39,512 nucleotides of DNA from a virus. Lineage: Duplodnaviria; Caudoviricetes. The notes under the pieces are model-generated. The model worked only from the letters and a program-made list of their open reading frames with translations. It ran no database searches and was not told the origin of the DNA. The DNA lies in the IMG/VR virus record IMGVR_UViG_3300050330_000106, positions 1-39,512 of that record; one strand, written 5' to 3'. Below are positions 26,970 to 36,053 of this stretch, in pieces (the first letter of the stretch is position 1; the number at the start of each line of letters is the position of its first letter). Made by a program: the position numbers and the translations under genes.

Positions 26970-27011
26970 GAAGGACTTCCCCTGCCGGGGCTTTCGCGCG
27001 CGCGCGAACAT
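26970..27011 (+). promoter_or_regulatory. Late promoter 3 (tape measure/tail tip operon)
   Basis: GAAGGACTTCCCCTGC, with GAACAT 36 nt downstream. Confidence 0.55.
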
Positions 27012-27038
27012 GGGCCGGTCCCCACCCGACCGCGCGCC

Positions 27039-30000
27039 ATGGCAGACCTCGTCGCAAAACTCCGTCTGATCGCAGAAACCTCCGGCAAGGAGGGGGTTGC
27101 GGCGCTCGCGTCCGAACTGGAAAAGCTTGCGACCGAAGGCGGCGATGCGGCCCCGAAGTTCGAGGCGCTGGCGCAGGAAATCCGCCGCCTGGATCGGCAG
27201 CAAGTTCGCATCGACGGACTGCAGGCCGCGATCGACTCTGCCAAAGCCGCATATGCGGCCGTCCGGGATGCTCGCCGCGAGGTCGAAGTGCTCGACAAGG
27301 CGCTCGGCGATGCCCGGGGCGCGGGAGCCAACCGCGAAGCGATGCGGTTGCTCGAAAAGGAGCTCGGCGCAGCGAACCGCCAGCTTAATGCGGCGGAAAA
27401 GGCGTGGGATCGCAACAAGAGTGCTCTGGGCTCTGCCAGGGCTGCTGCCGCCGAGCTGGGCGTCGACGTCAAAAATCTCGGCGAGGCACAGCAAAAGCTC
27501 GTCTCGGATCTTGATGCGGCAAAAGACGCAATCGGCGCTCAAACCGAATCCCTGAGGAAAGCCCGCGAAGCCGAGGAGGAGCGCGCGCGGGAGCTACGTG
27601 AACACGCGGCAGAAGAGCAGCGCCTGGCGAACATCGTTGCCGCGACCAAGGCCAAGATGGCGCAGGCAGCGCAAGAGCAGCTCGCGGCCGAAAAACGCGG
27701 CTATGCCGAAGCGGAAGTCGCCGCGAAGCGCTACGACGCGCAGACCCGTGCAATCGCGGCCGGCGTCAGCAACGCGTTTTCGAGTATCGGCATCCGCTCG
27801 TCTGATGCGATCGAGGCCGAAATCCTCGGCATCCAGCAGGCGCTGCAACGCCTTGCGGGCGATGCCAAAGTCTCCGGCACCGAGTTCGACCGCGCCTTCG
27901 CACGCGCACAGGTTCGGATCGACGCGCTCAAGCGCGAGATGTCCGGCGCCGTCGATCCCTTCACGCAATCGGTCGGCCGCGCGAGCGCCAACATTGACGG
28001 TCTTACAACGAAGCTGCGCCCGCTCGCCGGTGCGATTGCCGCCGCGTTCTCGCTCGACCAGGGCGTGCGCGCGCTGATCGATGCGAACGTTCAGACTGAG
28101 CGTCTGAGCCGTGCGCTCGGCACCATCGCCACGCCCGCGCTGTCGGCGCGCGAACAGCTGGGGTGGTTGCGCGAGCTCGCCGACCGCAACGGCGTCGCGT
28201 TCGAGCGCATGGCCCAAGGCTTCACGTCGTTCGCCGCCTCGACCCGCGGCTCGGCGCTCGAAGGGCAGAAGACGCGCGACGTGTTCGACGCCGTCGTGAC
28301 GTCGATGGGGCGCATGGGCCGCAGCTCCGCCCAGGTCGAACTGGCGCTGCAGGCCCTGTCGCAGATGGCGAGCAAGGGCGTCATCAGCATGGAGGAGCTG
28401 CGCGGCCAGCTCGCCGAGGCGATGCCTGGCGCGCTGCAGGCGCTCGCCAATGGCCTCGGGCTGACAAACGAACAGCTCATCAAGATGGTCAGCGAGGGCC
28501 GGCTCCTCGCCGAGGATGCGCTGCCGGCGCTGCAGCGCGAGCTGCAAAAGACGCTCGTCGTCACCGGGCCGGAGAAAGTGTCCGGGATGGAAGCCGGCTG
28601 GAACCGGCTGACCAACGCGATCACCCGCGCACTCGACGCCGGCCAGGACAAGCGCGACCGCACCGGCGGCTTCCTGTCATGGCTCGCCGACGAGGTGGAC
28701 GGACTGGGCGACCGGGCCGGATCCCTCGAAGCGTCGTGGGGCGGGCTTATGCGCGCCCTGGATACCGGCGACTGGGGCGCTTACACGGCCGCGGTCGACG
28801 CGCATGCCGCAGCGGTTGCCGCGGCAAACGACAAGTCCGCGATTGCCGCCGAACAGCAGCGCATGCTCGGCGCCGCGGCGGCGCAGGCCGGCACGCAGGC
28901 GCAGCAAGCCGAATCCGCGTGGGTCGCGATCAATAACGCGTACGGACAGGCGGCCGCCGGCGCGGAGCGATACACGGCGCTATCGGTCAAGGCGGCCGAG
29001 GCGAAACGCCTCGAAGGCGCCGCGGCCGTCCAGAACGCCGAGCTCACCGGCAACGAGATCGCAGTCCTCGAGGCGCGCGCGACTGCGGCGAACAACAACC
29101 TCGTCGCTGCGCAACAGGTCGCCGAAGCGCGCGCGGCCGAAGTCTCGGTCATCGAAAGCCAAATCGTCGCACTGCAGACCGAAGCCGCGCAGACCGGCGG
29201 GCTCACGGCCGCCAAGCAGACGCAGATCGAAACCCTGCAGAAGCTCGTTACCGAAAAGGACGCCGAAGCGCAAAAGGCGCGCGAAGTCGCAAACGTCCTC
29301 GACGCGGAAGCCGAGGCGGCGAACCGTGCCGCGTTTAGCGTCGAATCGGCGTTCAAGCGCATGGGCATCGCTAGCAGCGAGTCGCTGAAACAGGCCGCTG
29401 ACGCCGCGCGCCGCGACTTCGACATCATCAGGAACAGTGGTAACGCCACCGCGCAGGATCTCACCAACGCCTTCCGCATCGTTGCTGAACGCGCGGTGGC
29501 CGCGAACGGCGGGATCGCGTCGGAGGCGCTGAAGGCAGAAGCCGCGATGTACGGGTTGCGCGTCGAGGCTGACAACACCGGTAAGGCCGTCGTCACGTCG
29601 ATGCGCGAAGCCGCCCGCGCGACCGCCGCCCTCGGCGCCGCCGCCGACGAGACCGCCTCGCGGTTCGCCCACATCGGCGAAGCAGCGGAAGAGGCCGCGC
29701 AGGCCGCGGGGGCAGCGACTGCCAGCGCGTCGTCGACAGGCAGCGGAGGCGGTTCGTCCGGCGGCGGATCGTACCGCCGCATGGACTGGGGCCAGGAAGC
29801 CACCCTCTCCCGCGCCGAGCGCCTCGGCGGACTCGAACTGCGCAAGCAGATCGAGCGCGAGTGGGCCGGCCTCCGCAATGGCCAAGCCGTTCCGTACGAA
29901 GAATTCATGAAGGCCATGAGCCGCACCATCCAGCAGCTCGACAAGCTCCAGATCCAGCAAGAACGCGAGTCGAAGCGGTTCTCCGCCAACGAGCCTCGCA

Positions 30001-30167
30001 CCGTCGGCCCGGTTCAGCAGGATCCCCCGCGCACCGAGACGTTCCGCGTCGAGATCGGCACCGGCGCCGGCCGCCAGACGACGATCAACACCGCCTCGCG
30101 CGCTGACGCGGAAGCGCTCACGCGCCTGCTCCAGCAACTCGAAGCCGACATGTCGAGGGCCTCATGA
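27039..30167 (+). CDS. Tape measure protein
   Basis: 1042 aa, Ala-rich helical, with ALSQMASKGVISMEELRGQLAEAMPGA tape-measure motif. Confidence 0.93.
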   Translation: MADLVAKLRLIAETSGKEGVAALASELEKLATEGGDAAPKFEALAQEIRRLDRQQVRIDGLQAAIDSAKAAYAAVRDARREVEVLDKALGDARGAGANREAMRLLEKELGAANRQLNAAEKAWDRNKSALGSARAAAAELGVDVKNLGEAQQKLVSDLDAAKDAIGAQTESLRKAREAEEERARELREHAAEEQRLANIVAATKAKMAQAAQEQLAAEKRGYAEAEVAAKRYDAQTRAIAAGVSNAFSSIGIRSSDAIEAEILGIQQALQRLAGDAKVSGTEFDRAFARAQVRIDALKREMSGAVDPFTQSVGRASANIDGLTTKLRPLAGAIAAAFSLDQGVRALIDANVQTERLSRALGTIATPALSAREQLGWLRELADRNGVAFERMAQGFTSFAASTRGSALEGQKTRDVFDAVVTSMGRMGRSSAQVELALQALSQMASKGVISMEELRGQLAEAMPGALQALANGLGLTNEQLIKMVSEGRLLAEDALPALQRELQKTLVVTGPEKVSGMEAGWNRLTNAITRALDAGQDKRDRTGGFLSWLADEVDGLGDRAGSLEASWGGLMRALDTGDWGAYTAAVDAHAAAVAAANDKSAIAAEQQRMLGAAAAQAGTQAQQAESAWVAINNAYGQAAAGAERYTALSVKAAEAKRLEGAAAVQNAELTGNEIAVLEARATAANNNLVAAQQVAEARAAEVSVIESQIVALQTEAAQTGGLTAAKQTQIETLQKLVTEKDAEAQKAREVANVLDAEAEAANRAAFSVESAFKRMGIASSESLKQAADAARRDFDIIRNSGNATAQDLTNAFRIVAERAVAANGGIASEALKAEAAMYGLRVEADNTGKAVVTSMREAARATAALGAAADETASRFAHIGEAAEEAAQAAGAATASASSTGSGGGSSGGGSYRRMDWGQEATLSRAERLGGLELRKQIEREWAGLRNGQAVPYEEFMKAMSRTIQQLDKLQIQQERESKRFSANEPRTVGPVQQDPPRTETFRVEIGTGAGRQTTINTASRADAEALTRLLQQLEADMSRAS

Positions 30168-30568
30168 GCATCACCCTGACCGTCGGCACGACCGTCCTCG
30201 CGCTCGATCCGGATCTCCTTTGGGAAGACGAATTCGCCTGGGCCGCGACCGAGCAGACGATGACGCGCGGCCTCACCGGCAAGCCGATCATCCAGTACGC
30301 CCTGCGCCAAGCCGGCCGCCCGATCACGCTCCGCAACGAAGACGACCGCTCCGCCTGGATGACCCGCGCCGACATGGCGCAACTGCAGACCTGGGCCGAC
30401 ACCCCGGGCCAGCGCATAACGCTCGCCCTGCGCGGTGCCTCGCACCTGGTCGTCTTCCGTCACCACGACGGCGGCCCCTTCGAAGCCCGCCCGCTCGTCC
30501 ACTACGCCGACCCGCTGCCCGCCGACTGGGTGCTGGCGACGCTCCGATTTGTCACCGTTACCGAGTAA
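30164..30568 (+). CDS. Distal tail-like protein
   Basis: L.PDL.WEDEFAW......R.LTG..IIQ......GRPITL. Follows the tape measure. Confidence 0.7.
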   Translation: MSITLTVGTTVLALDPDLLWEDEFAWAATEQTMTRGLTGKPIIQYALRQAGRPITLRNEDDRSAWMTRADMAQLQTWADTPGQRITLALRGASHLVVFRHHDGGPFEARPLVHYADPLPADWVLATLRFVTVTE

Positions 30569-30571
30569 CGC

Positions 30572-33500
30572 ATGCCCATCCTTTCCGAAAACATCCAGTT
30601 CCGCGCCTCGCAGGTGATGGACGACGTGCAAGAGGGCGGCGGTCGCGCGACCGCGACGGTCATCGTCGACGGCGCGAGCAACGAGATCTTCCCCGACATT
30701 TCCGAGGCCGACCGCGCCGGCGGCCGGGTGCGCCTGCGGAAGCTCTTCCTGTCCGTGGATACGCCCGACACCGACCAGCTCCTCGGCGCCAACATCGTTA
30801 TCGCGAAACCGCCCGCCGATCCCAACGTCTCCGTCAGCCTCTTCAGCACCGGCGACTACTTCGATCGCCGATCGGACGCCGCGAACCGCGTCGAGGCCTA
30901 TCTCTTCGCCGGCCCCGAGTGGTCGGGTTACCTCCTCGAAAACCATATCGCCGGCCAGCGCAGCATCCAGATCTTCCAGCGCCCGGGCACGGAGCTGCCG
31001 CCGATCGGCCGCACACTGTGCCTCGTCCAGGACGAGGCGCTCCCCGCCGAAAAGCGCCAGTACGTGCGCATCATCAACGTCTCGTCTGTGGAGCAGACGT
31101 TTTCGTACAGTGCCGGCGGCAATGTCGTGGATTACCCCGCCTTGGTCGTCACCGCCGAGCTCTCCGACGCGCTGCGCCAGGACATGGCCGGCTCGCCGCC
31201 GAACCGGCTCTACACCCGCGCGAGCAGCGGCACGAAGATCCGCGACACCACGGTCGCCGACGCCGCGCGTTATTACGGCGCCGCGAAACTGACGGCCGCC
31301 GCAAATATCGGCGACCTCTCTGCGCGGCTCGACAGCGTATTCACCCGCCTCGTGCCGAGCGCGCAGACCGAAGTCCCGCTCGTCGATCTGCCGATGGCAG
31401 GCGACCGTATCCCGATGATGCCCGCGGCCGCCGGCCCGATCAGCTACAGCACGGACGGTGCAATCGCGGCGGGGGGCCGTTTCGTGCTGCGCTCGGGTTG
31501 CTTCCCCGGCTCGCTCTCGCTCGCGCTCGGCGGCTACACGCTGACCGACGACGGCGCCGGCGTCGTGCGCTCGGGCAGCACCGAGGTGGGGACGATCAAC
31601 TACGCCACCGGCGAGATCGCGCTCGGCGCCGCCGCACCCACGGCATCCGGCACCGCGAACGTCACCTACCGGCCTGCCGCCGCGGCCCCACAGCAGGCAC
31701 ACACAAAGCAGGTCGCCGTCACCCCGGAAAACCGCTCGTACGTTTGGGTCGTCCCGCTCTTGCCGCTGCCCGCGCCCGGTTCGGTCGAGTTCAGCTACAT
31801 GGCGCAGGGCCGCTGGTACACGCTGCGCGACAACGGCGCGGGCCAGCTCACCGGCTCGGAGTCGAGCTACGGCTCCGGCACCGTCAGCTACGTGACCGGC
31901 ACGCTCAACATCACCGTCGGCGCGCTGCCCGACGCCGGCACCGCGATCCTGATGTCGTGGGCGTCGCCCGCGCACTACGCTGTCCGAGCGGGCGAGACCG
32001 GCGACGCCGCCACGGCGCTGCGCCTCGACTACACCCTCGCACATGCGCCCGTCGTGCCGGGGTCGCTGACGATCACCTATCCCGTCGGCGGCACGCCGCG
32101 CACCGCGACCGACGCCGCCGCCAACGGCACCATCACCGGCACTGGTGTTTCGGGCACGATCAACTACGCGACCGGCGCGATTCAACTCGAATTCACCGCG
32201 CCGCCCGACCGCGCCGCGAACTTGTCCAACGCCTACACCTGGCGCAACGGAGCGGACCTGCTCGCCGCGGGCAGCCCGACGATCTCAGGCGGGCAATTCA
32301 CGGTGCCGGGAACCGCTCCGTTTCGCAACGCGGGCCGCTTCACGCTGCTCGCCCAGGCGCCGGCCGTCGCCGGCGTCGCCACGCTGACGCTGTCCGCCGA
32401 CATCACCGCCGACGGTGCAGTCGTTATCGCGGCGGGCGCGGCCGGCGTCGTGGCTTGGGCGGCGCAGACGATCGGCACGTTCGCCGCCGCGACCGGCGTC
32501 GTGACCCTCGTCTCGGGCGTCGCCGTCACCTGGAAATACTGGGAGCCGGGCACGATCGACCACAGCGTGCCGCCCGCCTGGAAGAGCGGGGGCGCGACGG
32601 TATCGGTCCTCTCCGTCGGCGCCCTCTCGGTCGAGCGCGACACCGCCGCGTACGACCCGCAAGCCGTGACTGCCGAGACCGTCGCCCCGGGGACTGTCGG
32701 CCTGGTGCTCGACCTGACGACGACCGTTGCGGATGCCGTCGTACCCGGCTCGGTCGTGCTGTCTGCCGCGGGTGCGATCTACGTCGACCGCTCCGGCACC
32801 CTCTATGCCAACCCCGACAGCGCAACCGGCGCAGCGACTGCCAGCGGCAGCATCGACTACACGACCGGCCGAGCGACCCTCACGTACTGGGCCGACGACA
32901 CGCCCGCCGCCGTCTCCGTCCTCGCCTGCCTCACGCGCTACGGGCAATGGACCGCCATCGCCGCGACCTTCCGAGCGGCTTCCGCCCCCTTGCGCCCGGC
33001 CTCGCTCTACGTTGCCGCCACCAGCGCCGACGGCGACACGCTCACCGGCACCAGCGACGGTAACGGCGTCGTCAGTGGCACCGGCGTCGGCGGCACCGTC
33101 AATTACGAGTACGGCATCGTCACGCTGACCTTCGCCGAGCCCGTCGACCCGGGCACGATCCGCTACAACGCCGTCGCCTACAGCTATCTGCCGCTCGACG
33201 CGACGCTGCTCGGCCTCGACCCCGTGCGCCTGCCGTCCGACGGCCGCGTGCCGATCTTCCGCCCCGGCGAATTCGCCGTCTTCGGGCGCGACATCTCCCT
33301 CGCGCCGCAGACGGTGACCGCCGCGCAGGTGATCGACCTCGGCGCCGAGCGCCTGTCGCGCGTGCGGATCGTCGGCGCGGATGGCCTCGGCATCGGCACC
33401 GGCTGGAGCGTCGATCTCGACGCCGGCGTCGTCACCATCATTGACCCCACCGGCTGGCCGCAGCCCGTGACGATCACCGGCCGCGTCGAGGACATGGTCC

Positions 33501-34051
33501 GCGTCTCCGACGTGCAGATCTCCGGCGACGTGACCTTCACCCGCCCGCTCACGCACCTGTTCCCGGTCGGCTCGACGGTTTCGTCGGCGCTGATGCTGGG
33601 CGACCAGCGCGCCCGCGTGTCGCACATCTTCGATCAGCTGACTTGGGACGGGACGTGGTCCGACAGCATCAAAGGCAGCGCTGCGACCGCGAGCTACGAC
33701 GACGCGCAGTACCCGCCGGTCGTGACCAACGCCGGGGCAATTACCGAGCGCTGGGTTATCCGCTGGACCAACACCACCAGCATCGAAGTCATCGGCGAGC
33801 ACGTCGGCGTCATCTACACCGGCCCGACATCGAGCGACGTCGCGCCGATGAATCCCGCGGCTGGGGCTCCGTACTTCCGCCTCAGCGCACTCGGCTTCGG
33901 CATCGGCTGGGGCGCGGGCAACGTCATCCGCCTCAACACCGTCGGCGCCCAACCGCCCATCTGGGCCGTGCTCACCGTGCAGCAGGGCGCCACCACCGTG
34001 ATCGACGACGCGTGGGAGCTGCTCGCGCGCGGCGACGTCGATCGCCCGTAA
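30572..34051 (+). CDS. Large tail-tip structural protein
   Basis: 1159 aa, beta-rich, repeated G(T/S)(I/V)(N/D)Y.TG motifs and GLDPVRLPSDGRVPIFRPG. Confidence 0.85.
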   Translation: MPILSENIQFRASQVMDDVQEGGGRATATVIVDGASNEIFPDISEADRAGGRVRLRKLFLSVDTPDTDQLLGANIVIAKPPADPNVSVSLFSTGDYFDRRSDAANRVEAYLFAGPEWSGYLLENHIAGQRSIQIFQRPGTELPPIGRTLCLVQDEALPAEKRQYVRIINVSSVEQTFSYSAGGNVVDYPALVVTAELSDALRQDMAGSPPNRLYTRASSGTKIRDTTVADAARYYGAAKLTAAANIGDLSARLDSVFTRLVPSAQTEVPLVDLPMAGDRIPMMPAAAGPISYSTDGAIAAGGRFVLRSGCFPGSLSLALGGYTLTDDGAGVVRSGSTEVGTINYATGEIALGAAAPTASGTANVTYRPAAAAPQQAHTKQVAVTPENRSYVWVVPLLPLPAPGSVEFSYMAQGRWYTLRDNGAGQLTGSESSYGSGTVSYVTGTLNITVGALPDAGTAILMSWASPAHYAVRAGETGDAATALRLDYTLAHAPVVPGSLTITYPVGGTPRTATDAAANGTITGTGVSGTINYATGAIQLEFTAPPDRAANLSNAYTWRNGADLLAAGSPTISGGQFTVPGTAPFRNAGRFTLLAQAPAVAGVATLTLSADITADGAVVIAAGAAGVVAWAAQTIGTFAAATGVVTLVSGVAVTWKYWEPGTIDHSVPPAWKSGGATVSVLSVGALSVERDTAAYDPQAVTAETVAPGTVGLVLDLTTTVADAVVPGSVVLSAAGAIYVDRSGTLYANPDSATGAATASGSIDYTTGRATLTYWADDTPAAVSVLACLTRYGQWTAIAATFRAASAPLRPASLYVAATSADGDTLTGTSDGNGVVSGTGVGGTVNYEYGIVTLTFAEPVDPGTIRYNAVAYSYLPLDATLLGLDPVRLPSDGRVPIFRPGEFAVFGRDISLAPQTVTAAQVIDLGAERLSRVRIVGADGLGIGTGWSVDLDAGVVTIIDPTGWPQPVTITGRVEDMVRVSDVQISGDVTFTRPLTHLFPVGSTVSSALMLGDQRARVSHIFDQLTWDGTWSDSIKGSAATASYDDAQYPPVVTNAGAITERWVIRWTNTTSIEVIGEHVGVIYTGPTSSDVAPMNPAAGAPYFRLSALGFGIGWGAGNVIRLNTVGAQPPIWAVLTVQQGATTVIDDAWELLARGDVDRP

Positions 34052-34066
34052 CTCCAGGAGTCCCCC

Positions 34067-35248
34067 ATGCCGCTATCGACCTCGGTCAAATGGTTTCACA
34101 GCAACATGCCCGGTGCGCCCGTGCTCAACGCGAGCGCGGGCAGTCTTGTAGGCGTTCTCGATGCGTGCCTCATCAACGGTTGGGGGCTTGTCTCCGCCTC
34201 GTCGCTCGTAGTGGCCGATGGGGTCGCCACGATGACGTTCGCGACCGGGCACAGTTTCACTGCGCATACGGTCGCATTGGTAGACGGCGCGACGCCCGCC
34301 GAGCTCAATGGAGAAAAGCGGGTGCTCTCCATTACCGCCAACGCCATCACCTTCGAGGCGCCCGGCGTGCTGAATGGGGCCGCGACCGGCGCCATCACCG
34401 CGAAGCTCGCGCCGGCGGGATGGGGCATCGCGTTCCAGGACACCAATCGACGCGCGTACCGAGCCGCGCTGGGCAATCGGCATTACCTTCAGGTCGACGA
34501 CACCAATACGGTGACCGGGTGGAACACCGGCAGTAATGCCGCGGCAACGAAAATCCGCGCCTGCGAGGGCATGACGGGCATCGCGACAGTCGAGAACGTG
34601 TTTCTCGATTCTTGGTGGCTCAAGTACGACTCGACGGCTGGCACCGCCGCCCGGCCCTGGTTCATCGTTGCTGACGATCGGCTGGTGTACGTCATCACTT
34701 CTCCGATCGGCTCCGATCCGTCGCGTGGGAGCGCGGGGTGTTTTGGCGAGACGGTCACTTTTAAGCCGGGCGATGCCTATCACACGATCGCCGTTGGAGG
34801 CGACTTCAGCGGGTCGACATCATCGCCGTCTACCGCGACGCAGCTCTCGTTCATGCGCTATGCGCTCCTCGGCGCGCTATGGTCCTCAGGTCATAAAGCG
34901 CTTGCGCGCCCCTATCATCAGATCCTATCGCAGGCACCTGTGACGATGTTTGGGAGTGGCTTGTCCGACAGGCTCGGTTTCGGCGGGGCCGCATACCCAA
35001 ACGCTGCCGACAATGCACTGGTGGTGTCAGATGTATGGCTGCTGGAATCTGGCTCCATCCGCGGGCTCATGCCCGGGCTCCTGCAGCTCCTGCATACCCG
35101 GCCGATTTCCGATTTTCAGCTGATCGACGCCGGCGCAGTGCGCCCCGGAAGAAGATTGGTCGGCATGTCTGCACTGACATACACAAGCGGGGCTAACACC
35201 CTGCAATCGGGACAGGCGCTCTTCGACGTCACGGGGCCGTGGCGATGA
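34067..35248 (+). CDS. Putative tail fibre/receptor-binding protein
   Basis: Conserved-looking N-terminus (GAPVL....GSL..VLDACL.NG.G), variable lower-GC middle, ends FDVTGPWR. Confidence 0.7.
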   Translation: MPLSTSVKWFHSNMPGAPVLNASAGSLVGVLDACLINGWGLVSASSLVVADGVATMTFATGHSFTAHTVALVDGATPAELNGEKRVLSITANAITFEAPGVLNGAATGAITAKLAPAGWGIAFQDTNRRAYRAALGNRHYLQVDDTNTVTGWNTGSNAAATKIRACEGMTGIATVENVFLDSWWLKYDSTAGTAARPWFIVADDRLVYVITSPIGSDPSRGSAGCFGETVTFKPGDAYHTIAVGGDFSGSTSSPSTATQLSFMRYALLGALWSSGHKALARPYHQILSQAPVTMFGSGLSDRLGFGGAAYPNAADNALVVSDVWLLESGSIRGLMPGLLQLLHTRPISDFQLIDAGAVRPGRRLVGMSALTYTSGANTLQSGQALFDVTGPWR

Positions 35249-35619
35249 ACCACACAGACACGCGCATCGTCTCCTCCCTGTTGCGCGATGGGCCTGCGCC
35301 GTCGGTCGGCCCCGCGACCACGCGCCTGCTCTACGGGCGCCCCCCGAGCCTCCCGCCCGGCCCCGGGCGGGTAGCCGGAACAGTCCAAAAGACCGGATCA
35401 CCGAATTCTCCCGTCGCTCGCCGCGTGCGTTTGACGCTGAACGACGCCCTCGACAACGCCGCGCCGGCCGCGCTCGAAACGTGGAGCGACCCGATAACCG
35501 GTGAGTACGAATTCATCGGACTCGCGCTCGGCGTCGCGTTTGCCGTCTGTTCGTTCGACCACACCGGCGAGCACAACGCCGTGATCGCCGCGCCGATCTA
35601 CGCCGAGCCGATGCCATGA
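35245..35619 (+). CDS. Tail accessory protein
   Basis: G.VAGTV.......PVARRVRL.....ETWSD..TG.Y.F..L.....FDHTGEHNAVIA. Confidence 0.7.
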   Translation: MNHTDTRIVSSLLRDGPAPSVGPATTRLLYGRPPSLPPGPGRVAGTVQKTGSPNSPVARRVRLTLNDALDNAAPAALETWSDPITGEYEFIGLALGVAFAVCSFDHTGEHNAVIAAPIYAEPMP

Positions 35620-36053
35620 CGGTCGAGATCTCCGCAGCGCTCGCCGCCGGGCGCCTCAACGGCACGGCCGCCGTGCTGAATGCCGTCGCCCCAGGCGCCT
35701 CCGTCCTGTTCTACGCCGCGACCGCGACCTCGGCTTTCGGCGAGACCCCGGCCGAGCCGCACCTCGTCGCCGTCCCGCTTACAAACCCGCTCGGCACCGT
35801 CGGCGACCCCGCGCCGGATCTCGGTATTACGCCCGCGCCGCTCGCCGTCCTCACGCTCATCGTCGAGCCTGCGCCTGAGGGGCAGGTATCGACGACCGGC
35901 ACGATCGCGTGGGCGCGGATTCTCGACGGCGCCGGCGCCGAGCACATCCGCTGTCCGGTGGGGGCAGAGGGGTCCGGCGCGCCGATCGAGGTCGAAGCAC
36001 TCGCGGTGTACGCCGGCGGGTACGTGCGCATCGTCAGCGGCGTGTTCTACTGA
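35616..36053 (+). CDS. Tail structural protein
   Basis: ATGA coupling. TG...WARI.DG.G...V..EGSGA...VYAGG pattern. Confidence 0.7.
   Translation: MTVEISAALAAGRLNGTAAVLNAVAPGASVLFYAATATSAFGETPAEPHLVAVPLTNPLGTVGDPAPDLGITPAPLAVLTLIVEPAPEGQVSTTGTIAWARILDGAGAEHIRCPVGAEGSGAPIEVEALAVYAGGYVRIVSGVFY

Noticed and set aside
30014-33952. Long antisense or alternate-frame ORFs (723, 947, 555 aa, and similar ones over the transposase, terminase and tape measure)
   Set aside because: Arg/Pro/Gly-rich shadow frames expected in high-GC coding DNA, with no motifs.
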